DNA from: Squalus acanthias
Lineage: Eukaryota
DNA length: 64,000 bases
Assembly: GCA_030390025.1 (NCBI GenBank)
Contig: CM059425.1
Coordinates: 167,650,001 to 167,714,000 of the forward strand
Direction: 5' to 3'
The notes beneath the pieces were generated by a model. That model had not been told where the DNA came from and did no database searches. It saw only the letters and a program-made list of their open reading frames with translations. A program made the translations under genes and the position numbers. Below, in pieces: positions 1-13,090 of this stretch (positions within the stretch are counted from its first letter, which is position 1; the number at the start of each line of letters is the position of its first letter).

Positions 1-1060
1 ACCAGAAGATATTAAAAATATAAGCCCCGATTTTAACTCGGAGTGGGAATTTGGGGTGCGGGTGTCGAAGTGGGTGGTGAAACGTCTGGCCTCCCAGAAT
101 GTAAAGCCCAGGAACTTTTAACTCCCAGGTCTCATTTTTATGCTCGAATACTGACTCGTGCCTGAAGCCAGCAGGAATGACATCACCGCTGACAGACGGG
201 AGTCAATATTCATGGTGGACGAGACCACCACCGGAGACACACAGAAACGGGCCCCGGCAAGATAAGTCAGAAACTAGGGGAGGGATCAGAAAGTCTGCAT
301 TCAGAGGAGGAGGCAGCTTGGGACAGGGGAGGCCCAAGGTATTCTTGTGGGGCCAGGAGGAGCGCTCCTGCTTCTCCTGGCTCACAAGGAAACTTTACAC
401 AATTTTTTAAAATGCCACTTACCTGGCCCTCCTGTAGCCAGGATCCCCTTATATTTATATTTATATGATTAGTATATATACCCCTAAGCTTATCTTCATT
501 CATCATTTGTTCCAGTATATGCAGCAGTCTGCAGCTGAAGACAGTCAGACCTCTGTCTGTGGCCATTCTGGGTTATTTGATCTGTTGCAAGGGCACTTGA
601 TCAAAATTCTGCACACGTAGTCATCAGTGGATATCCCAACTGCACATCTCAGCATGTGCAGACACTAAAAAAGCCTCTACTCAACAGGCTACTCCTGAAA
701 GTTAACGATTATGATGGCTTGGAGTTTTATGGATTTTTGGCGATCAAAACATTGTAAATTTATCTTCAACATAAGCAAAACCCTTTTCTGCAGTTAAAAC
801 TGTAATCCATACCGAGAGCCTTTCTTGCTCTGACATTCGCCTTTTCATTACTTTCTATGCGAGTGAAGGGGTCTCCCACTTGCTGGTTCCCTTTGTCAAA
901 ATATTGTGATATTAACAGTTTTGTTCTTAGTTTTCTTTTTTAAGCCCATCACTGTTTTCCCCCCCTATATATTACTATTTTTAGATAGTGTTATTGCTAT
1001 TTATTTTTCCTGTTATAATACCTCTATCTAACTTCCAAAATATACATTTTGCTATATAAT

Positions 1061-1760
1061 GGGCCAGATTTGCTGTAGAAGGGTATCTAATTGTGTCTGC
1101 TGTTAGTTAGACTTGTTCCTGCACCTTTCAGCTCAAAAAATGTTTGCTCACTAAGTTGCTGAAACTGCAAGCTGATAATGTTGCAGTGAGGTAAACGGGG
1201 CATCTGGAACCTGAGTGAACAGGGCAACCAACAGGATATTTCCTTATCCAATGAGGATTGGGAAATAAACAGCAGATGTAGGTAAATTAGAGTGGGTGAA
1301 TTCAATGTCAAATCAGTTAGAGAAAGAGAAATAAAGAAAAAGATAAATAAAGAGAGAGAGAAAGAAAGATTAGATTAAGAGAGAGAGAGAAAAAAGAGAC
1401 AGAAAAAAAAGTAAGAAAAAAAATTAAAGAATTTAAAATTTGACATTTTAAAAATCTCCTAAAATAATTCACAACCTGAAGGAATGAGACTCCACGCTTA
1501 TAATAGTTATTTTTTTGGTGCCAGAGAGGTTTATTGGCAGTCACTAATACTTATCACGTTGTTAAAAGGGTACTTACGCTTGTAATTACTGGCGCTAAAT
1601 ATCTGCAGTGGCTTTAGTTCGGATCTAACGTGCAAATACAGCAAATTCACAACATTCAATGCATGCCAATAGTGAGGTAGATAGTGAAATGCCATTTTCA
1701 CAAAGCTAACGGTGGAGCAGCAGAACTCAGACAGCAACTTTCCCATGTTTTCTCACCCAC
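1061..1760. mobile_element. Non-autonomous DNA transposon (MITE-like), family also at 55345-59399; right end not resolved
   Basis: Starts GGGCCAGATTTGCTG, whose reverse complement closes the copy ending near 59399. Shares the AG-rich GAGAAATAAAGAGAG...AAAGATT block with 55590-59200. Confidence 0.55.
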
Positions 1761-1975
1761 TCACTATAGCTCCTTGAACTAGTTGCATGATCTCTACTCC
1801 TCTTTTCACACCAGGTAGAATGTAAGCAGGTGCTACATTCTAATGCTGAAAGCATCTGTGTGCTCTGTTTTTGTAGCAAAAGGCAACCCACAACCTTTGG
1901 GAGAGATATCCCACTGCTCGTGGACCATCCAAACTCCACCTGGCATGAGAAACAGGCCCTCCAAATAATTCAGTA

Positions 1976-2372
1976 GCAAAATACTGCGGATGCTGAAAAT
2001 CTGAAATAACAGAAAATGCTAGAAACACTCAGCAGGCCAGGCAGCATCTGTGGAGAGAGAAACAGAGTTAACGTTTCAGGTCTGGGACCCTTCGTCAGAA
2101 CTGGAAAAAATTAGAGATGTACCAGGTTTTAAGCAGGTGCAGAGGCAGAGAAAGGGGGGAGGGGAAGAAAGAATAAAAGGAACGGCCTGTGCTAGCGTGG
2201 AAGGCAGGAGTGGTTAAATGTTGCAAATGGGGATGGCAGAATCATCAACAGCTGCCATGTGAAAAAATAAGGGCAGGGGTTATAGTCTGAAATTGTTGAA
2301 CTCAGTGTTGATTCCAGAAGACTGTAAAGTGCCTAATTGAAAGATGAGGTGCTGTTCCTCGAGCTTACATTG
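1976..2372 (-). mobile_element. Penelope-like element family B (older), 3' fragment: ORF C-terminus, 3' UTR and pLTR
   Basis: Minus strand encodes QCKLEEQHLIFQLGTLQSSGINTEFNNFRL*, a PLE GIY-YIG C-terminus, followed by a hammerhead motif. Homologous to 22083-22519. Confidence 0.8.
2066..2102 (-). ncRNA. Minimal type I hammerhead ribozyme motif (PLE family B)
   Basis: Reads AGUU-CUGACGA-A-GGGUC(CCA)GACCU-GAAA-CG-UU-AACU: stem I AGUU/AACU, full core, palindromic AACGUU stem III, GUU triplet. Confidence 0.8.
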
Positions 2373-3027
2373 TGGAGGGCATTGAGGGAGTGGTTGAGGG
2401 GAGATCTTGGTGGCTTCATGCAAGCTAGCACTCAATCAATGATTTAACTGGCAGCCCTCTACAGCAAGGCCTTGTTACATTGTGCACAGCCATTGGCTGC
2501 TTGCCAAGCTAACAGATGTTCTTTTTCTCTGTGTAGAGATTTTCCAAGATGTTGGTGCTGCCACCAGGGAGAAGCAGGAAGCAAACCCATCACACTAGAT
2601 CCCATCAAGTATTCAAACCCTGCAAGCACCAGCACAGAAATATCCACTTTGGCGGAATCAGACAGGGAGAATCAGAGGGGAACACCTGATGATGCACTGA
2701 GCACTAGTGGGGAGCAACAAGTAATGATGACAGCAGACAAGCAGCAATAAGAAGAAAGGAGGCTTTATGCCTTACAGGAACTGCATTGAACTACACTGAT
2801 TAACCAGCAGAAGTTCTTCATGCAATCCTTTGAGAATCTTCAGAGGTCACTTCATGGAATAACAGAGAACATACAGGTTTACTAATCTAACATCTGTGTA
2901 GGTATGTGAGCAGTCATCCATCCAGTCTATTACCTCCTTCAAGTAGTGGTGGCAACTTTGACTGCCACAAAATGAAGACATTGTGACTGCTGTCTGGGTG
3001 TTTTGCAGTCACCTGCATTATTTTGAT

Positions 3028-3200
3028 CTACTGATCTGTGATCACCCTAACATTGACAGAATGGTGTCCTTTGTGATTCATATATACCACAAGATTAATG
3101 ACTACATGAGTGCCATCAGTGAGGCCATGCACTTTTGGGAAACCAGCCACTTGGTAGAATTGCTGGATCCTCTCAAGATTTTCCCTCCTTTTCAAGGGGA
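3028..3200 (-). pseudogene. PIF/Harbinger (HARBI1-like) transposase fragment
   Basis: FYQVAGFPKVHGLTDGTHV...NHKGHHSVNVRVITD matches the GFP..G.IDGTH...NRKG.HS.NVQ.V.D motif. Confidence 0.75.
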
Positions 3201-4657
3201 AAATGATATATGCGTTTCCCCAACAAACAAAGTTTCCGTGACCTGCTTGATGCATGAGTTGACCAATGATTTACTGATCTGGTAAATGGTACTAGTGGTG
3301 GCTTGATGTGAGCTGGCGCACAGCATACCAATTTGGCAGTGCAAGAGTTGGTCCCACTATTAAATTCATGGGGGCCTTTTTTTTAGGCAGCTTGGGCAGC
3401 TGCCTAAAACTGCCATAAATATGTAAATATAGGGGCATAATGTCTGTTGACGGACCCCAACCAGTAATTAGTCATCGATGAGCAGGGCAGACCTCTGCAA
3501 CCAGCAACTCCAGGTAGGTGTAAAAATTTTCTCCCTGCTCCCATAGCCCGCTCAAATCCCCCTCCTGGGATTTACCTGAGGGTCACTGCTGGCGAGGCAG
3601 GTGGCCTGACATTATTTTCTTTGCTCAGGCGAGCTGCCTGCATCGCTGGCAGCTCGCCCCGAGTATGCTAGCGAGCCCCGATGTCCAAATTCCATCAATC
3701 CTCGGGCCTCTCAGTTTGGGCGTGTGTTTGGCGAACCCAGACCAATATTTACCCCATTTAATGTCTTTTCATTCATCCGGATGAGTAACAAGAGGCAAAC
3801 GCAGCTGCAATTGACATTGGTCAAACTGATTGCACTCGATGCACTTTGATGTGTTTAATTTAGTTAATTTGCAGGGATAGGTTAAAAAAGGCTACATATA
3901 AGACAGAAAAAAGTAATTAGGGGGTAATTTTGACTTTGAATGATCGTGTAAAACGTGCGATATCAGCTCGGCCACCCATTTAACACCTCTCAAGACTTTT
4001 GTTTCCATTGACCCTTCCCCACTCCCTTTTATATAGTTGAATTAAACTCATGCCAGCTTCAAACCCCCCATTCACTATAGCCGATTCACTATAAACCCAC
4101 TTTGCACTTACCAGCATAGACCAATTGCACCCCTATTTGGCTTTAAAAATGTAACTGTTCTAATCTTACATGAACAGTTACATATAATATTGTGTTAAAT
4201 TAAGTGAAATTAAAAACATATTTCTTTAGGAAGTGAATGTTATATAAAAACAATGCTGCACCTCGGTGAGACCTGGATGTCTACATTTCCTTTATTAATG
4301 TAGTGCTTTTACAACGTGAATATAAAAAGACTTGACAAGGAAATAAATGGTTTGTCTAATGATCTTTTATAATAGATATTGGGTAATATTCATTCCTGAC
4401 AGAATAGAATTATATTAAGCCATGTGACAGACTTTGACAAATTCTCATATTGTAAATGAAAAGAAAATTAGATTTTTGTCTAATTTCAAATTTTGTAATT
4501 TATTGCTTTCAACATTATATTATTAGTGCAATGCCATTTTTTAATCCTCTTTTATGTAAAATTTATGAACACATGAGCCAAGATTAATTTTGTGTCCAGC
4601 GTCCAGTGCTCAATAACTATCGTATCACTTTTCCTTTGGTCCAACTGATTCAATATT

Positions 4658-5385
4658 GGGTCGTATTTTCCGATCAGAGGCTTCCCGCGTGTGGAAGCCT
4701 CTGATCTGAAAAAAATCTACGCAGTGACCTGAGGGCTCCCAAGGTGCGTATAGTTGGGCCTCTCGAATTCCAAGTGCGCAGGGCCCACGAATCCCAGGGG
4801 CGCATGCGGTTCGCAAGCGTCCCTGGGATCACGTGGGCCATGGGGAGCCAATCAAAGAAGGGAATCTCCCTTCATACACTTGACAGATAGACCTGTCAAA
4901 TATATGAATGGGGATCAACCCAAAAACACTTTAAAACATCAAATAATTTTTTTTTTTAATCACATTTTTAAAATTAGTTGAAATTAGAATAAATTAAATA
5001 GTTTAAACAAAAATTTAATTTTTTGAAAAAAGTTATTAAAGTTTCTTACGGGGCTAAAAATAAACTTACCCTTTTTTAAAGTATTTTTAAATGATAAATG
5101 AGTGAAAAAAACATTTTTTTTTCTTTTTTCAACTCTTATCCTGGTAAAAGCGGGCCTTACGCCTGCTTTTACCAGGCGTGAGAATTCTAAGGGTTTTCTG
5201 CGGGCGGAGGGTCTCCAGAAAGCAGAACTATCTGCCAGCAGAGGCCCTTCTCCAGGGCAGGCGTCCGATCTGTCAAGAGCATTCTTCAGCGCATGTGCTG
5301 TGCATGCCTGAAACCGGCATTTCTGATGTCCCTACGGGTGTGTACACAGCGCGTACACACCCGTAGGGATCGGAATATCCGGCCC
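4658..5385. mobile_element. Harbinger-type MITE
   Basis: TIR GGGTCGTATTTTCCGATC vs GGGCCGGATATTCCGATC (15/18); 3-bp TSD ATT at 4655 and 5386; related to 42160-43556. Confidence 0.8.
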
Positions 5386-5913
5386 ATTGTGTTTATCTTA
5401 TACTAAATACAAACTATAGAAATGCGCAGGAATAAAATCAGAAGAATGGACCCCATTTTTCGAACATGTCGGAATGCACATGCATCCCTTTTTTTTGTAT
5501 TATGCTTGCCTTTGATTTTGTGAGAATTGTGGGGTTGATTTTTGGCATGAATGGGGTGGTAGCGGGATGAAAATAGTGAAAACAAATCGTTGAGTTCCCA
5601 TTGGAGCCCCTCACATTGCAGTTTTTGAGCAGGCCTCCATTTAGGTGGCCTGTACTCCCACCGGAAACGGGTAGGAGCTTAATATATTTAAATAAGTGTT
5701 CTATAATGTGATTAGGAGCTGGACGTCATTTTCATGTGAGTCAGCGCTGCCCACTGCTTCCTAAACCCGCCAACAAACCATGGGCTGTACAGAGCGGAAA
5801 CAGCTAGTTCCCGTGGTACTTAAAGGGCCACTCACCTGCTTTAATATAAATTGTTATAAATGTTTGGTAGACATTTCGCTTGTATCTCTGTCATTTTTGG
5901 CTGCAGGCTTGCT

Positions 5914-6301
5914 GGGGTGAATTTAAACACCCAAAAATGGGTGGGTTGGGGTCGGGTCAGATGTTAAAATGTTGAAAAACCGAAACCCAACCCCAACCTA
6001 CCCACTTCAGGAGTGCTTCCCTTCGGCACCCCCCCCCCCCCCGCCCCAATCAGACCATCGCCCCACACAAAGACCCCCGGGGTCAGGGATCGGATCTATC
6101 TGCTCCTGCAGCCTGCTTCGGAGTGCTCCCCACCCAACTGGAAGCCAAGCCTGTCAATCAGGCTGTCATCTGGGCGGGGAACCTGTCAAGGACAAAAGCC
6201 ACATGCTGTGGAATTAAAACTCCACAGCATGCAGGGAAACCCGGCCCCTGAAACTCGCCCCCCCGCCGCCTACGTAACACACCCCTGTTAATATCCAGGC
6301 C
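5914..6301. mobile_element. Probable MITE
   Basis: Imperfect inverted ends GGGGTGAATTTAA / TTAATATCCAGGCC; no clean TSD. Confidence 0.4.
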
Positions 6302-6690
6302 ATTGTGTTCAAATCCCTCCATTGCCTCGCCCCTTCCTATCTATGTAATCTCCTCCAGCCCCACAAGTACCCACCGAGATATCTGCGCTCCTCTAAATCT
6401 GGCCTCTTGAGCATCCCTGATTTTAATCGCTCCACCATCGGTGACGTGCCTTCAGCTGCCAAGGTCCTAAGCTCTGGAATTCCCTCCATAAACCTCTCCA
6501 CCTCTCTACCTTGCTTTCTCCTTTAAGACGCTCCTTAAAACCTACCTCTTTGACCAAGCTTTTGGTCATCTGATCCAATATCTCCTTATGTGGCTCGGTG
6601 TCAAATTTTGCTTTATAACGCTCCTGTGAAGCACCTTGGGACGTTCTACTATGTTAAAGGCTCTATATAAATACAAGTTGTTGTTGTTAT
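6302..6690 (+). mobile_element. L2 LINE 3' end
   Basis: FKSLHCLAPSYLCNLL..YPPRYLRSS C-terminal motif, then a GCACCTTGGGACG...TATATAAATACAAG(TTG)n tail. Confidence 0.75.
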
Positions 6691-6740
6691 AGCAGCTGGA
6701 ATACCTTCATGAAGCTACTAGTACTGCTCTTTTTCTGAAA

Positions 6741-6985
6741 ATGGGAATCCTTTGGGCTATTCCTTTCTAGCGATAGTAAGAAAAGAATGAGAAGCAGCAG
6801 TAACAAGTTGGAGGACCACAAGGAGCTGCAGCGGCCAGAGTACCATACAGCAGAAGGAGAGCTTGCGGACATCCTTGCCCTCCCAACAGGGTGACATACC
6901 TGCCCTTTGTAGTGGAACAGTGGATAAGGACGCTGCGCTTCTTCAGGGAAGCTGTCACAGACCTGTGCCGCCTCCTGCAACAAGA
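6741..6985 (+). pseudogene. Harbinger transposase N-terminal remnant
   Basis: Frame of ORF 6891 gives TYLPFVVEQWIRTLRFFREAVTDLCRLLQQD, resembling the HARBI1-type N-terminal helices; cut by the CR1 insertion. Confidence 0.55.
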
Positions 6986-7900
6986 CTGGGTGGGCGTGTG
7001 TGCTGTGAGGAGGATGCAGAGAAACTCCAGTATGATTTGGACAGGTTGGGTGATTGGGCAGATGCATGGCAGATGCAGTATAATGTGGATAAATGCGAGG
7101 TTATCCACTTTGGTGGCAAAAACAGGAAGACAGATTATTATCTGAACGGCAATAGTTTGGGAAAAGGGGAAGTGCAACGAGACATGGGTGTCCTTGTGCA
7201 CCAGTCGCTGAAGGTAAGTATGCAGGTGCAGCAGGCGGTTAAGAAGGCAAATGGTATGTTGGCCTTCATAGCGAGAGGATTCGAGTACAGGAGCAAGGAT
7301 GTGTTGCTGCAGTTGTACAGAGCCTTGGTGAGACCACATCTTGAGTATTGTGTGCAGTTTTGGTCGCCTTATCAGACAAAGGATGTTCTTGCCATGGAGG
7401 GAGTGCAGCGAAGATTCACCAGACTGATACCTGGGATGGCAGGAATGACGTATGAAGAGAGATTGGGTCGATTAGGCTTATATTCGCTAGAGTTTAGAAG
7501 AATGAGAGGGGATCTCATTGAAACTTATAAAATTCTAACAGGACTAGACAGACTAGATGCAGGAAGAATGTTCCCGATGGCGGGGGAGTCCAGAACCAGA
7601 GGTCACAGTCTAAGGATAAGGGGTAAGCCATTTAGGACTGAGATGAGGAGGAATTTCTTCACCCAGAGAGTGGTGAACCTGTGGAATTCTCTACCACAGA
7701 AGGCAGTGGTGGCCAATTCATTAAATATATTCAAGAAGGAGTTAGATATATTTCTTAAGGCTAAAGGGACCAAGGGATATGGGGAGAAAGCAGGGACAGG
7801 GTACTGAATTTGGATGATCAGCCATGATCTCATTGAATGGCGGAGCAGGCTCAAGGAGCCGAGTGGCCTACTCCTGCTCCTATCTTCTATGTTTCTATGT
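6984..7900 (+). mobile_element. CR1 LINE, 5'-truncated (ORF2 C-terminus to 7807 plus 3' UTR)
   Basis: WQMQYNVDKCEVIHFG, LVRPHLEYCVQFWSP and RRMRGDLIE motifs; (TTCTATGT)n tail. Confidence 0.95.
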
Positions 7901-8565
7901 AAGACCTCCAACCCACTGCTTCAGCTGGCATTGCATTGTTGAAGTCAAGGTTACTACGCCCATCAGTTTCTTTCATCCTCCCTATGGGGATGTATCAATG
8001 TCAAAAAATGATACAATATACTGTACTGCTAAATTACTTCTTTGCAATGAAAGCCTTCCCTCTCTCCAAAAATATCCTTTTAAAATAAATCCACTGGCTA
8101 GATAATGGGTCTTATAAGATCTGGAGAAGGAGATAAACTAAAAATCAGTTTGCTAGATTAACAAAACAAAATGAGGATTGGTGAATGAGTATTGGCACTG
8201 TCTAACGCTTTCTATCTAACATTCCAATTCCTTTCATGAAGAAGTGGATGCACACGAATGATCATACACCTATTCAGACTGGAATGGATTAGACAGCCAT
8301 TTGAACACCGCCCCCTCCAAACCTGATATAAAGAATGTCATCTATCTTAAAGCTACTCAGAAAGTGAGAAGTAGTCATGCAATTAATCAGTGCTGAAAAA
8401 TAGTTCCACGTTCACCACTTTGATAACATCCACTGATCAAGACAATGGGAAGCCAATGAGCCTTTTAGACTTGAGAGAAGCAGCCATTTATAGACCTAAA
8501 GATCATTCCTGAGTGCAGTCTTTGGCAAGTTCGCGTAAGTGAAATAAATTAAAAATCATCACAGA

Positions 8566-8886
8566 ATCACAGAATCCCCACAGTGCAGATAGAGGCCATT
8601 TCGGCCCATCGAGCCTGCACCGACACATATCCCACCCTATCCCCATAACCCCATGTATTTAATCCCCCTAACACTAAGGGTCAATTTATCATAGCCAAAT
8701 CAACCTAACCCGCACATCTTTGGAAACCGGAGCACCCGGAGGAAACCCACGCAGACACGGGGAGAATGTGCAAACTCCACACAGACAGTCACCCGAGGCC
8801 GGATTTGAACCCGGGTCCCTGGCGCTGTGAGGCAACAGTGCTAACCACTATGCCACCGTGTTGCCCTCTATGCCACCGTGTTGCCC
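8566..8886 (-). mobile_element. HE1-type V-SINE (tRNA head, V domain, CR1-derived tail)
   Basis: Minus strand has A/B boxes (GGCATAGTGG, GGTTCAAATCC), the GGGTTTCCTCCGGGTGCTCCGG V-domain and a (TTCTGTGA)n tail; second copy at 60020-60333. Confidence 0.85.
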
Positions 8887-10404
8887 GTGTAACAATCTTT
8901 ATAGCATCTTACAGGCAGATTTACTTTTAAGACATTCATGGAATAAAGATTAGAAAGGCACAATCTCAATAAAATAGATATGTTAACATAATAACTAACC
9001 ATATACTAAAAGCAAAAAAGAAATACAAAAGTCTTTGGAAAATATGCTTTCTTTATTGATTGCAGCAAAAGCATGAACAATGTATTCTACTTACAACTCT
9101 GAGACCACCTTGGTCAAAATTAGATATCCTGTGTGACAAAATGATTGTGCATTAATCCTCTTTGTCCTCCTGCACCTCAATGAGGCCTGTGACACAGGTA
9201 TCGGGCATATAAATAATAAACAAGTAGTAAGAGGAGGGGTGGGCCAATTAGGGACCAAAAAGGAGACCTACGCATGGAGGCAGAGGGCATGGCTGAGGTA
9301 CTAAATGAGTACTTTGCATCTGTCTTCACCAAGGAAGAAGATGCTGCCAAAGTCATAGTGAAAGACGAGGTAGTGGAGATACTGGATGAGATAAAAATTG
9401 ATAAAGAGGAGGTACTAGAAAGGCTGTCTGAACTCAAAGTTGATAAGTCACCAGGACCGGATGGGATGTATCCTAGGATGCTGAGGGAGGTTAAGGAGGA
9501 AATCGCAGAGGTACTCACCATAATCTTCCAATCCTCCTTGGATGTGGGGATGATGCCAGAGGACTGGAGAATTGCAAATGTTACACCCTTCTTCAAAAAA
9601 GGGTATAAGGATAAACCCAGCAACTACAGGCCAGTCAGTTTAACCTCGGTAGTGGGGAAGCTTTTAGAGACAATAATCAGGGACAAAGTTAACAGTCACT
9701 TGCACAAGTGTGGATTAATTAAAGAAAACCAGCATGGATTTGTTAAAGGCAAATCGTGCTTAACTAACTTGATCGAGTTTTTTGATGAGGTAACAGAGAG
9801 AGTTGATGAGGGCAATGCGGTTGACTTGATGTATATGTATTTCCAAAAGGCGTTTGATAAAGTACCACATAATAGGCTTGCCAGCAAAGTTGAAGTCCAT
9901 GGAATAAAAGGGGCAGCATGGATACGAAATTGGCTAAGTGACAGGAAACAGAGAGTAGTGGTGAACGGTTGTTTTTCGGACTGGAGGAAGGTATACAGTG
10001 GTGTTCCCCAGGGGTTGGTACCAGGACCACTGCTTTTCTTGATATATATTAATGACTTGAACTTGGGAGTACAGGGCACAATTTCAAAATCTGCAGATGA
10101 TACAAAACTTGGAAGTAGTGTGAACAGTGAGGAGGATAGTGATAGTCTTCAAGAAGACATAGACAGGCTGGTGAAATGGGTGGACATATGGCAGATGAAA
10201 TTTAATGCAAAAAAGTGCGAAGTGATACATTTTGGTAGGAAGAATGAGGAAAGGCAATATAAACTAAATGGTACAATCCTAAAGGAGGTGCATGAACAGA
10301 GAGACCTGGGGGTATATGTACACAAATCGTTGAAGGTGGCAGTGCAGGTTGAGAAAGCGGTTAAAAAAGCATACGGGATATTGGGCTTCATAAATAGTGG
10401 CATA

Positions 10405-11244
10405 GGGCAGAATTTTCATTGACCCGTGGAGGCGGGTTTAGAGGTGTGTGGGGTGGTAAAATAGCAGATTCAGGGGTCCCGAACCCATCCCGCCCCCAAC
10501 CCGCCTCCATGCCAGTTTCGCTGGAGGCGGGTACTCGACCTGTGCTGGGAGCCGCCTCCAGCGAAACTGGCATGGAGGCGGGTTGGGGGCGGGATGGGTT
10601 CGGGACCCCTGAATCTGGCGGGAAGGGGATTAGTGACAATTAACTGCCTGTTAACAGGTAGTTAACAGGCAGTTTGTTGCCTAATCCCTATTTTTAGCCC
10701 TGAAGTGTGGGCTACCCGACGGCTCCAAACCACAGCGTTTTAGCGAGGCGGACCGTGGGTCTGCAGGGGTTGGAGGAGTCGATATGTCCGGTGGGCAGGT
10801 GAGTGATGGGTGCATGTGTGCAGAGGTAAGTGTGTAAGGTAAGTGTAAAGTGTAGAAAAAAGTTTTACTTACCTTAACTTCCTCCTGCAGGTGTCAGCCC
10901 TTCAGGTCTCGGGAGTCAGAAATCTCACCAGCACAGAAAGCAGAATGGCCGTTGAGCTGTCAAAAGCTGCAGCCTCTGCTTTTTGTTCTGCAGAGATCTC
11001 TAAATCAGCCTGAGAGAAGGAATTAACTTAGAGGACAGATTGTCAGTGTTTGACAGCTTCAAGGAGCTGTCAAACGCTGATATTTCATCTGTCAAAAGTT
11101 GGGTGTTGCTGGGTGGCCCTTAATTGGCCTGCTGAGCCCGCTGGGAAAATTGAGTGGGTTGGCCACAACTCGATGGAGGCGGGACTACAACCCCAAAAGT
11201 GGGAGTCCCGCCTCCTGCTCGCCTCCATTGATAAAATACAGCCC
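10405..11244. mobile_element. Harbinger-type MITE (840 bp)
   Basis: TIR GGGCAGAATTTT / AAAATACAGCCC; 3-bp TSD ATA at 10402 and 11245; removing it restores CR1 GGCATAGAGTAC. Confidence 0.9.
10465..10617. repeat. Perfect 66-bp inverted repeat with 21-nt spacer
   Basis: 10465-10530 is the reverse complement of 10552-10617. Confidence 0.95.
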
Positions 11245-11854
11245 ATAGAGTACAAAAGCAAGGAAGTTATGATGAACCTTTATGAAGCACTGGTTCGGCC
11301 TCAACTGGAGTATTGTGTGCAATTCTGGGCACCGCACTTTAGGAAGGATGTGAAGGCCTTAGAGAGGGTGCAGAAAAGATTTACGAGAATTATTCCAGGG
11401 ATGAGGGACTTCAGTTACGTGGATAGACTGAGAAGCTGGGGTTGTTCTCGTTAGAGCAGTGAAGCTTGAGAGGAGATTTGATAGAGGTGTTCAAAATCAT
11501 GAGGGGTCTAGACAGAGTAGATAGAGAGAAACTGTTCCCATTGGCAGAAAGATCAAGACCAGAGGACACAGATTCAAGGTGATTGGCAAAAGAACCAAAG
11601 GCGACATGAGAAAAAACTTTTTTACACAGCGAGTGATTAGGACCTGGAATGCACTGCCTGAGAAGGAGGTGGAGGCAGACTCAATCATGGCTTTCAAAAG
11701 GGAATTGGTAAGTACCTGAAAGAAAAAAAGTTGCAGGGCTACGAAGAAAAGGCAGGGGAGTGGGACTAGCTGAAGTGCTCTTGCAGAGAGCTGGCACGGG
11801 CTCGATGGGCCAAATGGCCTCCTTCTGTACTGTAACCATTCTATGATTCTACAA

Positions 11855-12660
11855 TTCTCCTTCACCAACGCCTCTCCTCTGTGGTCCACTTCCATGATGG
11901 TAACTGTACATGGTTCCATTCCTACCTGTCTCAAAGTAGCCAGCACATATTCTGCAATTACTTGTGTACCGCAAGGTTCATCCTTGGTCCGTTTCTATTC
12001 CTCATCTATGTGCTGTCCCTCAGCAACAGTTCCGTAAACATGGGGCCAGTTTTCTTATGTCTGATGATGATATCCACTTTACTCTCCATCACCATCTTCA
12101 ATTCCATGGCTGTTGGTGTGTTGTCTCACTGCTTGCTCCCTATCAAGTTGTGATTGTGTCAGAACTTTCTCCAGCTCAACAATGGAAAGACAAAAATCAT
12201 CTTGTTCAGGTCCCACCAGTAATTTCTCACAGTCAATTATTCTATCCCTATCTAGTAGTCCTGGATTACCATAAACTGAGTTTCAAGCCCGTCCATAAAC
12301 AAGAGCATCTATTTCCATATCCACAGTCTTGCCTATCTCTATCCTTACCTTACTCCCACCACTGCTAAAACCCTTATCCATGCCTTAGCCACCTCTGGGC
12401 TCGACTAGTCTTAACCAACTTCTTGTGCTTCATCAAGAATCCTACCAGAAAATCCTATCTCATACTGAATCTATCAGTCCTGACCCCATCTCCCTGTGCA
12501 AAATCTTTGTTTGCAAATTCCTCCCGGTATTGCTCCACCCTATCTTGGGAATTTTTTCCAGCCTTACTCCTATTTGCACCCTCCACTTCTCTAATTCTGG
12601 TCTACTGTACATTCCTCACTCCACTCCATGTCTGTGGTAGAACCTTCAACCATCACAGAA
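11855..12660 (+). mobile_element. Decayed L2 LINE RT fragment
   Basis: WFHSYLS, VPQGS.LGP.LFLIY and DD-like motifs spread over shifting frames. Confidence 0.6.
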
Positions 12661-12714
12661 TGGAAGCAATTAACTTCTTATAATAATTTTTAAAATAATG
12701 AACATGTTAGACAC

Positions 12715-13090
12715 CGGGTTGGATTGCAACACTAGTTCCACCTCTAGGATCTAAATTCAAATCCAGCACAGACTTTTTTATATGGTCTTGGGATGTGGGC
12801 GATGCTGGCAAGGCTGCATTTATTGTGCAATACTAGTTGCCATGAGAAGCTGGTGGTGGGCCTTTTCCCTGCACCACTGCAGTCTTTGTAGTGATGATGC
12901 TACAACAATGATATTCCTGTGATATTGCTGCTCTAGTACTTCTCAGTGCTAAAGGTTGCAAGAGAGGGAAGTGCTGTCAAAGTACTCCTCTCTTTGGGCC
13001 TAATTGAGTGTTTGCTGTCTTAACCCAATTCCTAATTAGCATGTGTGCACAACACAAAACTGCCCATAAGTTAGTACTAAATTTGTACTA
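12715..13090 (+). mobile_element. LF-SINE-like relic, interrupted by a LINE 3' end on the minus strand (~12780-12985)
   Basis: CACCTCTAGG..TTCAAATCCAGC head and CCAATTCCTA...CACAACACAAAAC...TAGTACTAAATT body resemble the LF-SINE consensus as recalled; not aligned. Confidence 0.45.

Larger units (their letters stand above)
9200..11852 (+). mobile_element. CR1 LINE ORF2 (RT) and 3' UTR, interrupted by a MITE at 10405-11244
   Basis: KSPGPDG, NYRPVSLTS, QHGF, SGVPQG and ADDTK motifs; coding sequence resumes as IEYKSKEV after 11245; (TTCTATGA) tail. Confidence 0.95.

Noticed and set aside
6863..7807. 314-aa ORF as a novel fusion gene
   Set aside because: It is out-of-frame Harbinger sequence read into a truncated CR1, with a non-ATG start.
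10388..10643. Identical peptides on both strands
   Set aside because: This follows trivially from the 66-bp inverted repeat; the same applies at 29397-29666.
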